This document shows positions 19,289 to 28,469 of a stretch of DNA of 64,000 nt, piece by piece. The translations under genes and the position numbers were made by a program. A model generated the notes under the pieces. It did not search any database. It saw nothing but the letters and a program-made list of their open reading frames with translations, and had not been told where the DNA came from. The stretch spans positions 372,001-436,000 of the forward strand of contig OZ025663.1 of the NCBI GenBank assembly GCA_964019335.1, given 5' to 3'. Source of the stretch: Diplonema japonicum. Taxonomy: Eukaryota; Protista; Euglenozoa: Diplonemea. Within the stretch, counting starts at the first letter, position 1, and every line of letters begins with the position of its first letter.

Positions 19289-22195
19289 ATGTCACATGAA
19301 CCCCCGCCGGAAGGAGTGATCGCAAGCCCGTCTTTGGAGAAAATAGTGTCTCAGGCTGATACAGGGGGCAGAGGTGCTTTGAGGTTTTTAAGGGTGTACC
19401 TGAAGAACGCGATCCAATTCCCGAACCACCCGAACTTCTCAACGATAAACCCGAAAAACCCCACCTTCGAGCAGAAAATCGGGAACGTGGAAGGGGCGGT
19501 GGAGTTCCTGTTGGAGTGCGGCTTTGTATATAACGAAACCGGGATGCTGGTGATGGCGGACAAGGACCCTGATAACATCAACAAAACGCTGGCAGTTCTC
19601 ATTGACTCGTTGACCGCCCTGGAACATTCCATCTCACAGGTTGCCCCGTCCAATCTGTACCTCTACATCCATGCGGTGAACATCAAGCCAGTTGCCGGGT
19701 TGAAACCTTCTGACAATGTGTACTTAAGCCTTCGCTGCGACATCGTCGGCGCACCCCCCGAAGACGCCATCGAAGTCCACAAGACAGCCGTCCACAAGTC
19801 CTCCGAGAACCGCTGGAACGATAAAATCGAGCTCAGAGGCAGGATTGGCGTTTGTGTGCACATGGTTCTCTATAAAAAACGCCGCTTCTTCCCCGATGTT
19901 TCAGCTGCCTTTGGAATGTTCTCCTTCCCAGGTGGGCACGACGACCCAGTCTCTGCATGGGTAACCCTCTACTCTGAGGTCTACAACAAGGGCAAGGAGA
20001 TCGGGTCTGTCAAGCTCGAGGTTGACTCTGAATCCCTCAAAATGTGGCGTGCAGAGCGCGAGGACAAGGAAGCCGACAAGCGCTACCACAAGGAGACCAA
20101 AGACGTCCTCATGGCCGAGGGCAGGATGCCCGAAGCCCCCAACCTCGCCACTGCAGGCGTCGCCGAGGAAGGTTACATCGTCCCCAAGCCCGAACACCGC
20201 TCGCAGCACAACATGGACGACCACATCCCTGTCGCATACCAGTACGGGAAAGGTACCTCTCCTGCCGAGGCTCCCGAAGACGAAGCCTTTGTGGATGCTA
20301 ATGCAACAGATCCCGCAGAAGCGCAAGGTGAACACGAAAAACCTTCGGAAGAACATGTTGCGACCGAGGAAGAGCGCCTTGCTGCTGAGCAGAAGGTAGC
20401 GGCAGAACATCTCGAAGCTGAAGCCAAAGCAGAGAAGGAACGCCTTGCAGTTGAAGCTAAGGCCGAAGAGGAACGAATTGCCACTGAGGAAGCGGTCAAG
20501 GTCGAGGAGGAGAAGCTTGTTGCTAAGAAGAAAGCTGAGGAGGAGCGACTTGCAGCTGAAGAGGCAGAGAAAGAAAGACTCGCTGAGGCAACGAAAGCCG
20601 AAGAAGAGAAACTTGCAGCTGAGAAGAAGGCTGAGGAAGAGAAGCTTGCAGCTGAGAAAGCCGAAGAAGAGCGCATCGCAGCCGAAGCAGCTGAGAAGGA
20701 AAGAGTTGCAGCTGAGAAGAAGGCTGAGGAGGAGCGCATCGCGGAAGAAGAGAGGCTTGCAGCTGAGGCAGCCAAAGAAGCCGAGAAGAAAGCTGAAGAG
20801 GAACGCATTGCAGCTGAGGCAGCAAAGGTTGAAGAGGAGCGTATCGCAGCTGAAGCCAAAGCAGAGAAAGAACGAATTGCAGCTGAGGCGGAGGAGGAGA
20901 GGCTTGCAGCTGAGGCAGCCGAAGAAGCCGAGAAGAAAGCTGAAGAGGAGCGCATTGCAGCTGAGGCAGCAAAGGTTGAAGAGGAGCGTATCGCAGCTGA
21001 AGCCGAGAAAGAACGAGTTGCAGCTGAGAAGAAGGCTGAGGAGGAACGTCTTGCAGCTGAGGCAGCGAAGGCCGAAGAAGAGAGGCTTGCAGCTGAGAAG
21101 AAGGCTGAGGATGAGCGCATCGCAGCTGAAGCAGCCAAGGCTGAGGAGGAGCGCATCGCGAAAGAAGAGAAGCTTGCAGCTGAGAAGGCTGAGGAGGAGC
21201 GACTTGCAGCTGAGGCAGCGAAAGCCGAAGAAGAGCGGCTTGCAGCTGAGAAAAAGGCTGAAGAAGAACGTCTAGCGGCTGAGGCTGAAGAGGAGAGGCT
21301 TGCAGCTGAGAAGAAGGCTGAGGAAGAGAGGCTCGCAGCTGAGAAGAAGGCTGAAGAAGAACGTCTCGCAGCTGAGGCTGAAGAAGAGAGGCTTGCAGCT
21401 GAGAAGAAGGCTGAGGAGGAGCGACTTGCAGCTGAGGCAGCGAAGGCCGAAGAAGAGAGGCTTGCAGCTGAGAAGAAGGCTGAGGAAGAGAGGCTCGCAG
21501 CTGAGAAGAAGGCTGAAGAGGAACGTCTCGCAGCTGAGGCTGAAGAAGAGAGGCTCGCAGCTGAGAAGAAGGCCGAAGAGGAACGCATCGCAGCTGAGGC
21601 AGCAAAGGCCGAAGAAGAGCGCATCGCGAAAGAAGAGAAGCTTGCAGCTGAGAAGAAGGCTGAGGAAGAGAGGCTTGCAGCTGAAAAGGCCGAAGAAGAG
21701 CGCATCGCAGCCGAAGCAGCTGAGAACGAACGAGTTGCAGCTGAGAAGAAGGCTGAGGAGGAGCGCATCGCGGAAGAAGAGAAGCTTGCAGCTGAGAAGA
21801 AGGCCGAGGAAGAGAGGCTTGCATCTGAAAAGGCCGAAGAGGAGCGCATCGCAGCCGAAGCAGCTGAGGAAGAAAGAGTTGCAGCTGAGAAGGCTGAGAA
21901 CGAAAGTCGAATTGCCTCTGAGAAAAAAGCCGAGGAAGAGAAGAAAGCCGAAGAGGAACGCCTGGCCGCGGAAGCTGAGGAGAAGCGACTTGCTGAGACC
22001 AAGAAGGCTGAGGAGGAACGTGCAGCTCAAGAAGCGAAAGAAGCAGCAGCCGAAGAGGAGACAGACGAAAAGGAAGAAGTAAAGAACGAAGAAGAAGCCG
22101 CAGAAGCAATGGCAGAGGAGGCAGCGTCTGTAAGGAAGACAGAAGAAGAAGCAGACGAGCAGAGGGAAGAACATGTTGACCCCAACGAATCCTAA
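19289..22195 (+). CDS. PUB domain + C2-like domain + long E/A/K/R helical repeat protein
   Basis: LRVYLKNAIQFP..FSTINPKNPTF..GAVEFLLECGF is a PUB domain. VHKTAV..NRWNDKIEL..AWVTL..IGSVKL is C2-like. Then about 550 aa of AEEERLAAEKK repeats. ATG at 19289; the upstream ORF-track extension is translated poly-T/A. Confidence 0.85.
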   Translation: MSHEPPPEGVIASPSLEKIVSQADTGGRGALRFLRVYLKNAIQFPNHPNFSTINPKNPTFEQKIGNVEGAVEFLLECGFVYNETGMLVMADKDPDNINKTLAVLIDSLTALEHSISQVAPSNLYLYIHAVNIKPVAGLKPSDNVYLSLRCDIVGAPPEDAIEVHKTAVHKSSENRWNDKIELRGRIGVCVHMVLYKKRRFFPDVSAAFGMFSFPGGHDDPVSAWVTLYSEVYNKGKEIGSVKLEVDSESLKMWRAEREDKEADKRYHKETKDVLMAEGRMPEAPNLATAGVAEEGYIVPKPEHRSQHNMDDHIPVAYQYGKGTSPAEAPEDEAFVDANATDPAEAQGEHEKPSEEHVATEEERLAAEQKVAAEHLEAEAKAEKERLAVEAKAEEERIATEEAVKVEEEKLVAKKKAEEERLAAEEAEKERLAEATKAEEEKLAAEKKAEEEKLAAEKAEEERIAAEAAEKERVAAEKKAEEERIAEEERLAAEAAKEAEKKAEEERIAAEAAKVEEERIAAEAKAEKERIAAEAEEERLAAEAAEEAEKKAEEERIAAEAAKVEEERIAAEAEKERVAAEKKAEEERLAAEAAKAEEERLAAEKKAEDERIAAEAAKAEEERIAKEEKLAAEKAEEERLAAEAAKAEEERLAAEKKAEEERLAAEAEEERLAAEKKAEEERLAAEKKAEEERLAAEAEEERLAAEKKAEEERLAAEAAKAEEERLAAEKKAEEERLAAEKKAEEERLAAEAEEERLAAEKKAEEERIAAEAAKAEEERIAKEEKLAAEKKAEEERLAAEKAEEERIAAEAAENERVAAEKKAEEERIAEEEKLAAEKKAEEERLASEKAEEERIAAEAAEEERVAAEKAENESRIASEKKAEEEKKAEEERLAAEAEEKRLAETKKAEEERAAQEAKEAAAEEETDEKEEVKNEEEAAEAMAEEAASVRKTEEEADEQREEHVDPNES
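20365..22030 (+). repeat. Coding tandem repeat (GCAGCTGAGAAGAAGGCTGAGGAAGAGAGGCTT variants)
   Basis: Dozens of degenerate 8-12-codon units encoding AEEER(L/I)AAE(KK/AAK). Confidence 0.95.
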
Positions 22196-22348
22196 AGGTA
22201 TGTACAATCCGCGCCTCACGCAAAACATAACAGATACACGATTTTCTTAGTGTAGTGTCCACTCAACGAGTGCTTATTGACCTGTAGCTCGGTTTTTCGT
22301 TGCTCTTTATCTGGCATCTTGCTGAATCACTCAGGGAACATAAGCTAA

Positions 22349-23656
22349 ATGGATATAGGTGTGGGGGCACTGCTGCCTCCTGGCATGCCTCTGTTTAACC
22401 CCGCACACAACACGCATGACTATAACATGCTGAACGAGGCGCTTGAAGAGGGCGGGTACGAAGAGAACCCAGTATTCAGTGACGGGGATGTGTTCTGGGA
22501 GATGTTGGGGTATCAGGCACATTTCGATTCCAGGGCAAGGCGTGGCCCTTTGGTGGAGGTCCCAGTTCCTGGGTGTAAGAAAGTAGTGCCCGTCAATGAA
22601 AGTTGGCTCCCTGCGTTCATAGAGGCGTGGAAGAGGAAGTTCCCAGTGACGCTGCAGATTGTTGACGTGCTGACCAATGAAGTGTTGATAAGATTCCGTG
22701 TCTTGTCGGAGTTTGTGGAGTTCTGCAACAACAACATGCGGAATGACTTTAGTGGAGACTTGCTCTTGCGAAAAGAGGAGACTGAAGGTGCTTCTTCCAC
22801 TCCTAGTATAAAGACACGGTTTTCGTATAACACGTGGCTGAGGGTGACGCAGAGGTGGGATACCACAGCAAAGTGCACTGCAGATGACACAAACACAGAA
22901 CTGAACGAGCTGCGCCGTCTTATCAACACGACTGAGTGCACGAAGGAGAGCGTGGAGCTTTTGATAAAAAGGGACGAAGCTGATGAGTCACTCGGACTTA
23001 TATTCAGTGCTTCAAGCCTTCTCCTTGATGAGGTCACTCCTTCCAGCCCTGCAGCACGGTGTGGGGCTGGCAAGCTCGTCGGACGCCAGCTTGTCTCCGT
23101 CAATGGACAGCCCGTAGCCACCGAAGCTGATGCCATTTTAGCTAGCGCTGGTAAAATCGAAGCACTGCTTGAATTCCGTAGCACCGTGGCCTACGATGAG
23201 GGCGGGCTCGTCGAGCAGTGCAGCGGGTGCAAGACGCTCGAGGGTAGAATCGAAGCGATGGAAAACAAAGTGAAGGAAGTATTCTGTGTGGAGCCTAACG
23301 TTGACACGCTGGGTACCGAACGGCAGATGTGCCGCTCATGTTCTCTTGACGGCATCATGCCTTGGGCAGAGATCTGCCCCTCGTGCCGGCACCCCCTACG
23401 CGAGTCCTCTCCCGAACCCGTTTCTTCATGGCCCGTTACCACATGCCTCGGTTGCTCAACACCCCTCCGCCTCCCCAGCACCGCCCAGGGTTACACCACC
23501 ACCATCTCATGCCCCCGGTGCCGTGTCACCAGCACTTGTGTGCTCCCTCCGTCTCCTTCACCACGCCGAAAACCTTCCAATCGCCAACTAACTTGTGAGA
23601 ATTGTTTGACACCTCTTCACGGGGCGTTCTGTCACGCATGCGGGCACAGAAGCTGA
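22349..23656 (+). CDS. PDZ-domain protein with C-terminal CxxC zinc ribbons
   Basis: ESLGLIF..LDEVTPSSPAARCG..LVSVNGQPV is a PDZ domain. CxxC pairs: CSGC, CRSC/CPSC, CLGC/CPRC, CENC/CHAC. Confidence 0.8.
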   Translation: MDIGVGALLPPGMPLFNPAHNTHDYNMLNEALEEGGYEENPVFSDGDVFWEMLGYQAHFDSRARRGPLVEVPVPGCKKVVPVNESWLPAFIEAWKRKFPVTLQIVDVLTNEVLIRFRVLSEFVEFCNNNMRNDFSGDLLLRKEETEGASSTPSIKTRFSYNTWLRVTQRWDTTAKCTADDTNTELNELRRLINTTECTKESVELLIKRDEADESLGLIFSASSLLLDEVTPSSPAARCGAGKLVGRQLVSVNGQPVATEADAILASAGKIEALLEFRSTVAYDEGGLVEQCSGCKTLEGRIEAMENKVKEVFCVEPNVDTLGTERQMCRSCSLDGIMPWAEICPSCRHPLRESSPEPVSSWPVTTCLGCSTPLRLPSTAQGYTTTISCPRCRVTSTCVLPPSPSPRRKPSNRQLTCENCLTPLHGAFCHACGHRS

Positions 23657-23738
23657 ACGCCTTCGACCATGGTACGTTCATCAAATAGACTTACTCAAAT
23701 TGCACCGCTCTCATGTCACCACAGGGGGGTGGGTAAAG

Positions 23739-24785
23739 ATGTCCGCAGAAGAGGAATTTGAGGTGCAGGAAGCGCCTCGCACGCCGGACCAGAAGACCCT
23801 GACTGGGCTGTCCATGCAGGGGAGCCCACGCCGATCGTGGTGCAGCCCTGACTCTAATCGATCGAAGCAGACAATCCTCAAATTGACGGGCATCAGACAA
23901 GGGTACACTAGCCCGAAGCTACGCAGAACAGCGTCTGCGACCGCGTGCAAGATGCTCAGTCTACACGACGCCGCGTGGGAGGGTGACACAGCTGGGGTCT
24001 CTGGGTTGCTTTTTGAACAGAAACCGAAGTCTGAAGCCAAGCCAATAATGAAGGCGGTTAGTAGGGTGAAGAAAAAGGGCGCCATTGAAGATGATGAGGA
24101 TGATACAATTTCAGACGAGCCTGCAGTGGAACCGGAAGTGGAAGAAGCGCTTGATGTAAACAAGTTAGGGTATCTTTCTATGAATAAAGAAGGCCTGTGC
24201 TTAAAGGAGATAACAAAGGGGTACAACACGACACTTAGTAGCATGGGGGGGAGGGCAGCCACGCCCTTGATGTACGCTGTGGTGGGGAAGAAGCTCGACA
24301 CAGTGAAGTACCTGCTGGACGCAGGGGCAGATTGTGCGGTAACGGCGGAGCTTCGGAAAGGTGAGAAGATAACGTTGCAAGAGATAGTGTTCCTGAACAC
24401 GTTTTGGAACCTCGCACCGAAGGACGTTGCCAGAGCCCGCCAAATGAAAGCACTCGTTCTGGGAAGATCCCCGCCATCACCCTTGCAAAACATGACAATG
24501 GAAAGAGTCACGTCCTTTCTCAACCGCAGCGTGTTTAGCAAAGACTTTGCTTGGGACATCCCTACGTGGGTACAAGCCAATGAACTCAACGGTGGCAAGC
24601 TAGAATCCTGGGTTGCAGCGGACTGGAAAACAGCTGGGAACTTCAGAATAGTCGATTTACAGAAACTTGTCGAGCAGATCTTAGTTCTCTTCCGCCGTAA
24701 GCGCCGAGAACCCCGTGAGGAAAGTGAGGGCGACGGCACACAAGACACTCCTGAGCCCGAGGCGGCTTCCGAACCCCAGGAATAG
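23739..24785 (+). CDS. Ankyrin-repeat protein
   Basis: SLHDAAWEGD and ATPLMYAVVGKKLDTVKYLLDAGAD. First ATG at 23739, after a CACAG acceptor at 23724. Confidence 0.75.
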   Translation: MSAEEEFEVQEAPRTPDQKTLTGLSMQGSPRRSWCSPDSNRSKQTILKLTGIRQGYTSPKLRRTASATACKMLSLHDAAWEGDTAGVSGLLFEQKPKSEAKPIMKAVSRVKKKGAIEDDEDDTISDEPAVEPEVEEALDVNKLGYLSMNKEGLCLKEITKGYNTTLSSMGGRAATPLMYAVVGKKLDTVKYLLDAGADCAVTAELRKGEKITLQEIVFLNTFWNLAPKDVARARQMKALVLGRSPPSPLQNMTMERVTSFLNRSVFSKDFAWDIPTWVQANELNGGKLESWVAADWKTAGNFRIVDLQKLVEQILVLFRRKRREPREESEGDGTQDTPEPEAASEPQE

Positions 24786-24899
24786 AATAACTAAACAATT
24801 GATCCCCCCCCCCCCCCCCAGTATTCCTTCTGTTCGGCTTTGTATTCCCCCCTCCCCCTTAGAGACTGCCCTCTATTCTTCCACTAGTGTTGGGGGTTT

Positions 24900-27158
24900 A
24901 TGAATGAGCTAGACGGCCTTGAGCTGTTGCTGTCATGCGCCAGCGAGCACGGTACACCACTGCGGCACTTGGACACCATCAACATCTTTTTGCAGCAAGA
25001 GACAAGCGTCGCCACGATGTTCCTTAATCTTGATGTGCTGATACCTCTACTCCCTGCAGAGTGCGTGAGCCTGAAGTGCCTTATGGACGCTTCGCAAGAA
25101 GAAAGTAAAAAGGTAACACATGTCTTGTCTGTCCCCGCGAGGTTGCCTATGTTGGAGCTACTGATCAAAGTATCATCGGTAGAAGTCCGTTACCTCCAGA
25201 TGCTGACTCAGGTCATCGATTTGCCTACTCCACCGAGTTGTGAGCCTGTGCAAGAGCGAGAATCAGAGAAAACACCTCACTCTGGTGCTGTCGAACTTGT
25301 GGAGGAAATGCGGGTCGAACATGAATCGAGGGATGAGGTTCCAGTTCGCCTTCGGCACCTCCCCGCACTCCTCCAGTGTTGCACGACACCTTCTACCTGT
25401 TACTTGAATGGTTTCTGCGATACGTTTTCGTCTCCCGAACCCCTTCCTGCACTTCGTCTCCTGTGTTTTGATACCACGCACACTGCCCTCCACAGTCTTT
25501 TGAAGACCCCTACCAAGCCTGAGGGCTACTCTTACCTGCATAGCGTAATATCTGCTTTGGCAGGAGCGGTGATAGTGACAGAAGTGACGGCACGGCATGC
25601 AGGGGCGTTGAAAGTTCAAAAGGTGTACAGGGGAGTGCAGGGCAGGGGGACTGCGCAGCGGAAAAGACTGGGCAAGGTCGTGGTCGCTGTGGTGGGGGTT
25701 GTCATAGCAAGAGTGGCAGGAGCGGCTGTCGTGTCGGGGGTTGTGGAACAGGCAACGCTCCCTGTCGCCGTAGCTGCGTTAGCAGGTGCCGTCAGCTGTG
25801 TCGCATCACCCATTTCTACTACTCACGATCCGCAGCCTGTGAAGCTCCAGTATCTCCCTTCATTGTTGTTGTGTTCTGGGATAGTGCAGGACACTGTATA
25901 CCTTTCTGGACTATGCAGCCATTACTCATCGCCTTCCCCGCACCCCGCCTTGATGCTCACCTATGAAATGGCTGCCGGCAGCGTACCACAATTGAAGCAG
26001 CTAATCGAAGCATTCCAACAAACGCCCCTCCTGAACAAGGAAGCTCCAGAGACAACCGAAGTACCTGAAGTAGTTAGTCAATCGAAACGAGACGCCCATC
26101 AACCAAAGCAAACACATGCTCAACAAGAAGTCGAATTGGACAGAAGCACGCAGGGTGGGGACGAAGACTGCATTCTTGAGTTGCCCTCATATGCTACCAA
26201 ACCCCAACCAGTTCGCCTTCGGCACCTCCCCGCACTCCTCCAGTGTTGCACGACACCTTCTACCTGTTACTTGAATGGTTTCTGCGATACGTTTTCGTCT
26301 CCCGAACCCCTTCCTGCACTTCGTCTCCTGTGTTTTGATACCACGCACACTGCCCTCCACAGTCTTTTGAAGACCCCTACCAAGCCTGAGGGCTACTCTT
26401 ACTTGCATAGCGTAGCATCTGCTTTGGCAGGAGCGGTGATAGTGACAGAAGTGACGGCACGGCATGCAGGGGCGTTGAAGGTTCAAAAGGTGTACAGGGG
26501 AGTGCAGGGCAGGGGGACTGCGCAGCGGAAAAGACTGGGCAAGGTCGTGGTCGCTGTGGTGGGAGTTGTCATAGCAAGAGCGGCACAGGGGGTGCACACG
26601 GCAAGGGCAGCAAAGGCACAAGCGGCATGCGCAGCGAGGGCAGGGGTGGCGGGGGTTGTGTCATTACTCTGCGTAGCGCGACCAGCACAGCTGACACCGC
26701 CTCGCGCAGCTACGGCACCATCTCCCAGCCCCGCGAGAAAAACAGGGCATGGACATGTGAGGCAAATACAACAGAGAAAGAGAGTAGCCACAGAGAGCGT
26801 GCTGCTGGAGCCCTGGGCAAGGGCGACCCCTTCAGCCTCACCTTCACCATCTCTGTCACAATCTCCTTCAAGGCTGGTGCGCATCAATGCTCTGAAGAAG
26901 GACAGGGCGGATTATTACCACAGTAGACTCTTCAGAGGAACACCATCGCCAACCAGGTCGCCAAATGTTAGGCAGACACGCAAACGTCCCAGGTCGGCAG
27001 CGCCTCGGCGCCCCACGCTCCCCTCTTACTCTGAATTTATGGATGTACTCCATTCTGCCATAGGCAAGCCTATTTCCCGATCGCGGCAAATTCGTAAGCC
27101 TGCCCCCTTTACGCCCCCAGATGTGCTCTTGGGGTTCCGCCCTAAGACTGCCTACTGA
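24900..27158 (+). CDS. IQ-motif protein with a recent internal duplication
   Basis: 752-aa ORF with two ALKVQKVYRGVQGR IQ-like motifs inside a duplicated 124-aa block, and a basic S/P/R tail. Confidence 0.7.
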   Translation: MNELDGLELLLSCASEHGTPLRHLDTINIFLQQETSVATMFLNLDVLIPLLPAECVSLKCLMDASQEESKKVTHVLSVPARLPMLELLIKVSSVEVRYLQMLTQVIDLPTPPSCEPVQERESEKTPHSGAVELVEEMRVEHESRDEVPVRLRHLPALLQCCTTPSTCYLNGFCDTFSSPEPLPALRLLCFDTTHTALHSLLKTPTKPEGYSYLHSVISALAGAVIVTEVTARHAGALKVQKVYRGVQGRGTAQRKRLGKVVVAVVGVVIARVAGAAVVSGVVEQATLPVAVAALAGAVSCVASPISTTHDPQPVKLQYLPSLLLCSGIVQDTVYLSGLCSHYSSPSPHPALMLTYEMAAGSVPQLKQLIEAFQQTPLLNKEAPETTEVPEVVSQSKRDAHQPKQTHAQQEVELDRSTQGGDEDCILELPSYATKPQPVRLRHLPALLQCCTTPSTCYLNGFCDTFSSPEPLPALRLLCFDTTHTALHSLLKTPTKPEGYSYLHSVASALAGAVIVTEVTARHAGALKVQKVYRGVQGRGTAQRKRLGKVVVAVVGVVIARAAQGVHTARAAKAQAACAARAGVAGVVSLLCVARPAQLTPPRAATAPSPSPARKTGHGHVRQIQQRKRVATESVLLEPWARATPSASPSPSLSQSPSRLVRINALKKDRADYYHSRLFRGTPSPTRSPNVRQTRKRPRSAAPRRPTLPSYSEFMDVLHSAIGKPISRSRQIRKPAPFTPPDVLLGFRPKTAY
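25341..25713 (+). repeat. Copy 1 of a 373-nt intragenic direct repeat
   Basis: Near-identical to 26208-26580 (offset 867; about 5 mismatches seen). Confidence 0.95.
26208..26580 (+). repeat. Copy 2 of a 373-nt intragenic direct repeat
   Basis: Near-identical to 25341-25713. Confidence 0.95.
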
Positions 27159-27874
27159 ACGCTGTTCTTCCCCCCCTTTTTTTTTAGTGGGTTTGTGACA
27201 ACAACAAGTCACTTCTTCCTTTTCCCTGTCTCGCCCCCCCCTTTTTTTTGTAAAGTTTTATCGTTCTGTTTTGCCAACGTTTCATATCTCTATTTGTCGC
27301 AGGAGCCGTCGTAACCCTACACATAAAGAATGCCTCACAGACACGACCCATGGGGAGAGTTGATATAGGTTCCTTGCAACTGGCCTTTTTTTTAAGATGT
27401 TTTTTTTCTTCTGGATAATGAAATCTCTGGTTAGAGATATGGAACGGTAGTAGTTTTTTTCTTTTTTCTTTTTTTTGTTAGTTAGTTATATGTCGAATGG
27501 GGGGAAAAAGAAAAAAAGAAAAAAAAAAAAAAAAGAGCAAGGAAAAAAAAAGAAAAAAAAAAAAAGAAAAGCTTGTTCTGATTGTGCTTCCTTTTCTTTT
27601 TTTAAGTACAGCGCGGCCGGTGACGCAAAAACGCATACCTTAAAAGAATAGTTTTTTTTTTTCCTTCACCCTGTTCTCTTTTCCATTTCTTTTTCCCCTC
27701 CTTCTTTTTTCGAACAAAAAAAAAAAAAAAGGAAATTCAATATGTTTCCCCTCCCCTCCCTTCCATCCGGCTTCCATTTCAGTTGTAACATTCTCTTTTT
27801 TTTTTTTTCTTCTTCTTCTTTCTCTCACTCGATTTTCAAACACAATCTTCACACTTCAGGGGTGAAAACGAAAA

Positions 27875-28204
27875 ATGCTACGTGCCGCAGGTGCAAGGAG
27901 ATGTATGTCGCTCCTAACGGAAGAGGAGAGAGGGATGTTTATGAGGGCTCACGAGAACTGGCATCCGGTGGCAGGGAAGGACGCCGTTGAGAGGCAGCTG
28001 GAGTTCAAGGACTTCACGGAGGCGTGGACCTTTATGTCAAATGTCGCCATCAAAGCGGAGAAGGCGGACCACCACCCAGAGTGGTTCAACGTGTACAATA
28101 GGGTGAACATACAGCTGACCACCCATGATGCAGGTGGTGTCACAGCACGCGATGTGGAGCTGGCCAGTGCCATTGATGAAATGGCAGCACGCTTCGGGAA
28201 ATAG
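27875..28204 (+). CDS. PCBD: Pterin-4-alpha-carbinolamine dehydratase with probable mitochondrial presequence
   Basis: [41 protein letters not shown]-terminal [10 protein letters not shown]. Confidence 0.95.
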   Translation: MLRAAGARRCMSLLTEEERGMFMRAHENWHPVAGKDAVERQLEFKDFTEAWTFMSNVAIKAEKADHHPEWFNVYNRVNIQLTTHDAGGVTARDVELASAIDEMAARFGK

Positions 28205-28469
28205 GGGGAAGATGAAAAAAAAAAAGAGAAAAAAAAAAAAGAAAAAAAACGTCTCCGTTTTGAAACGTCCGTTTTTAGGACGATTCGAAAGTTTTAAAAA
28301 AAAAGCCCCCCTGTATTTCCTACTTAGTTCCACCGATATCACAGAGAAAAAAAAAGGGAGGGTAGTTATGTTTTGAGCCTGAGAGGGATAATTTAAAGGA
28401 GAACAAAAGAAAAGGGAAGGGGGAGAAAAGAGGGAGAGAGAGACAGAGAAGGAGTACCAACGAAGAAAA

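Noticed and set aside
20173-22262. Long alternative-frame and antisense ORFs (609, 579, 318, 276 and 260 aa)
   Set aside because: Shadows of the stop-poor AEEERLAAE coding repeat.
23711-24748. 345-aa minus-strand ORF
   Set aside because: Fully overlaps the ankyrin gene in the antisense frame, with no motifs of its own.
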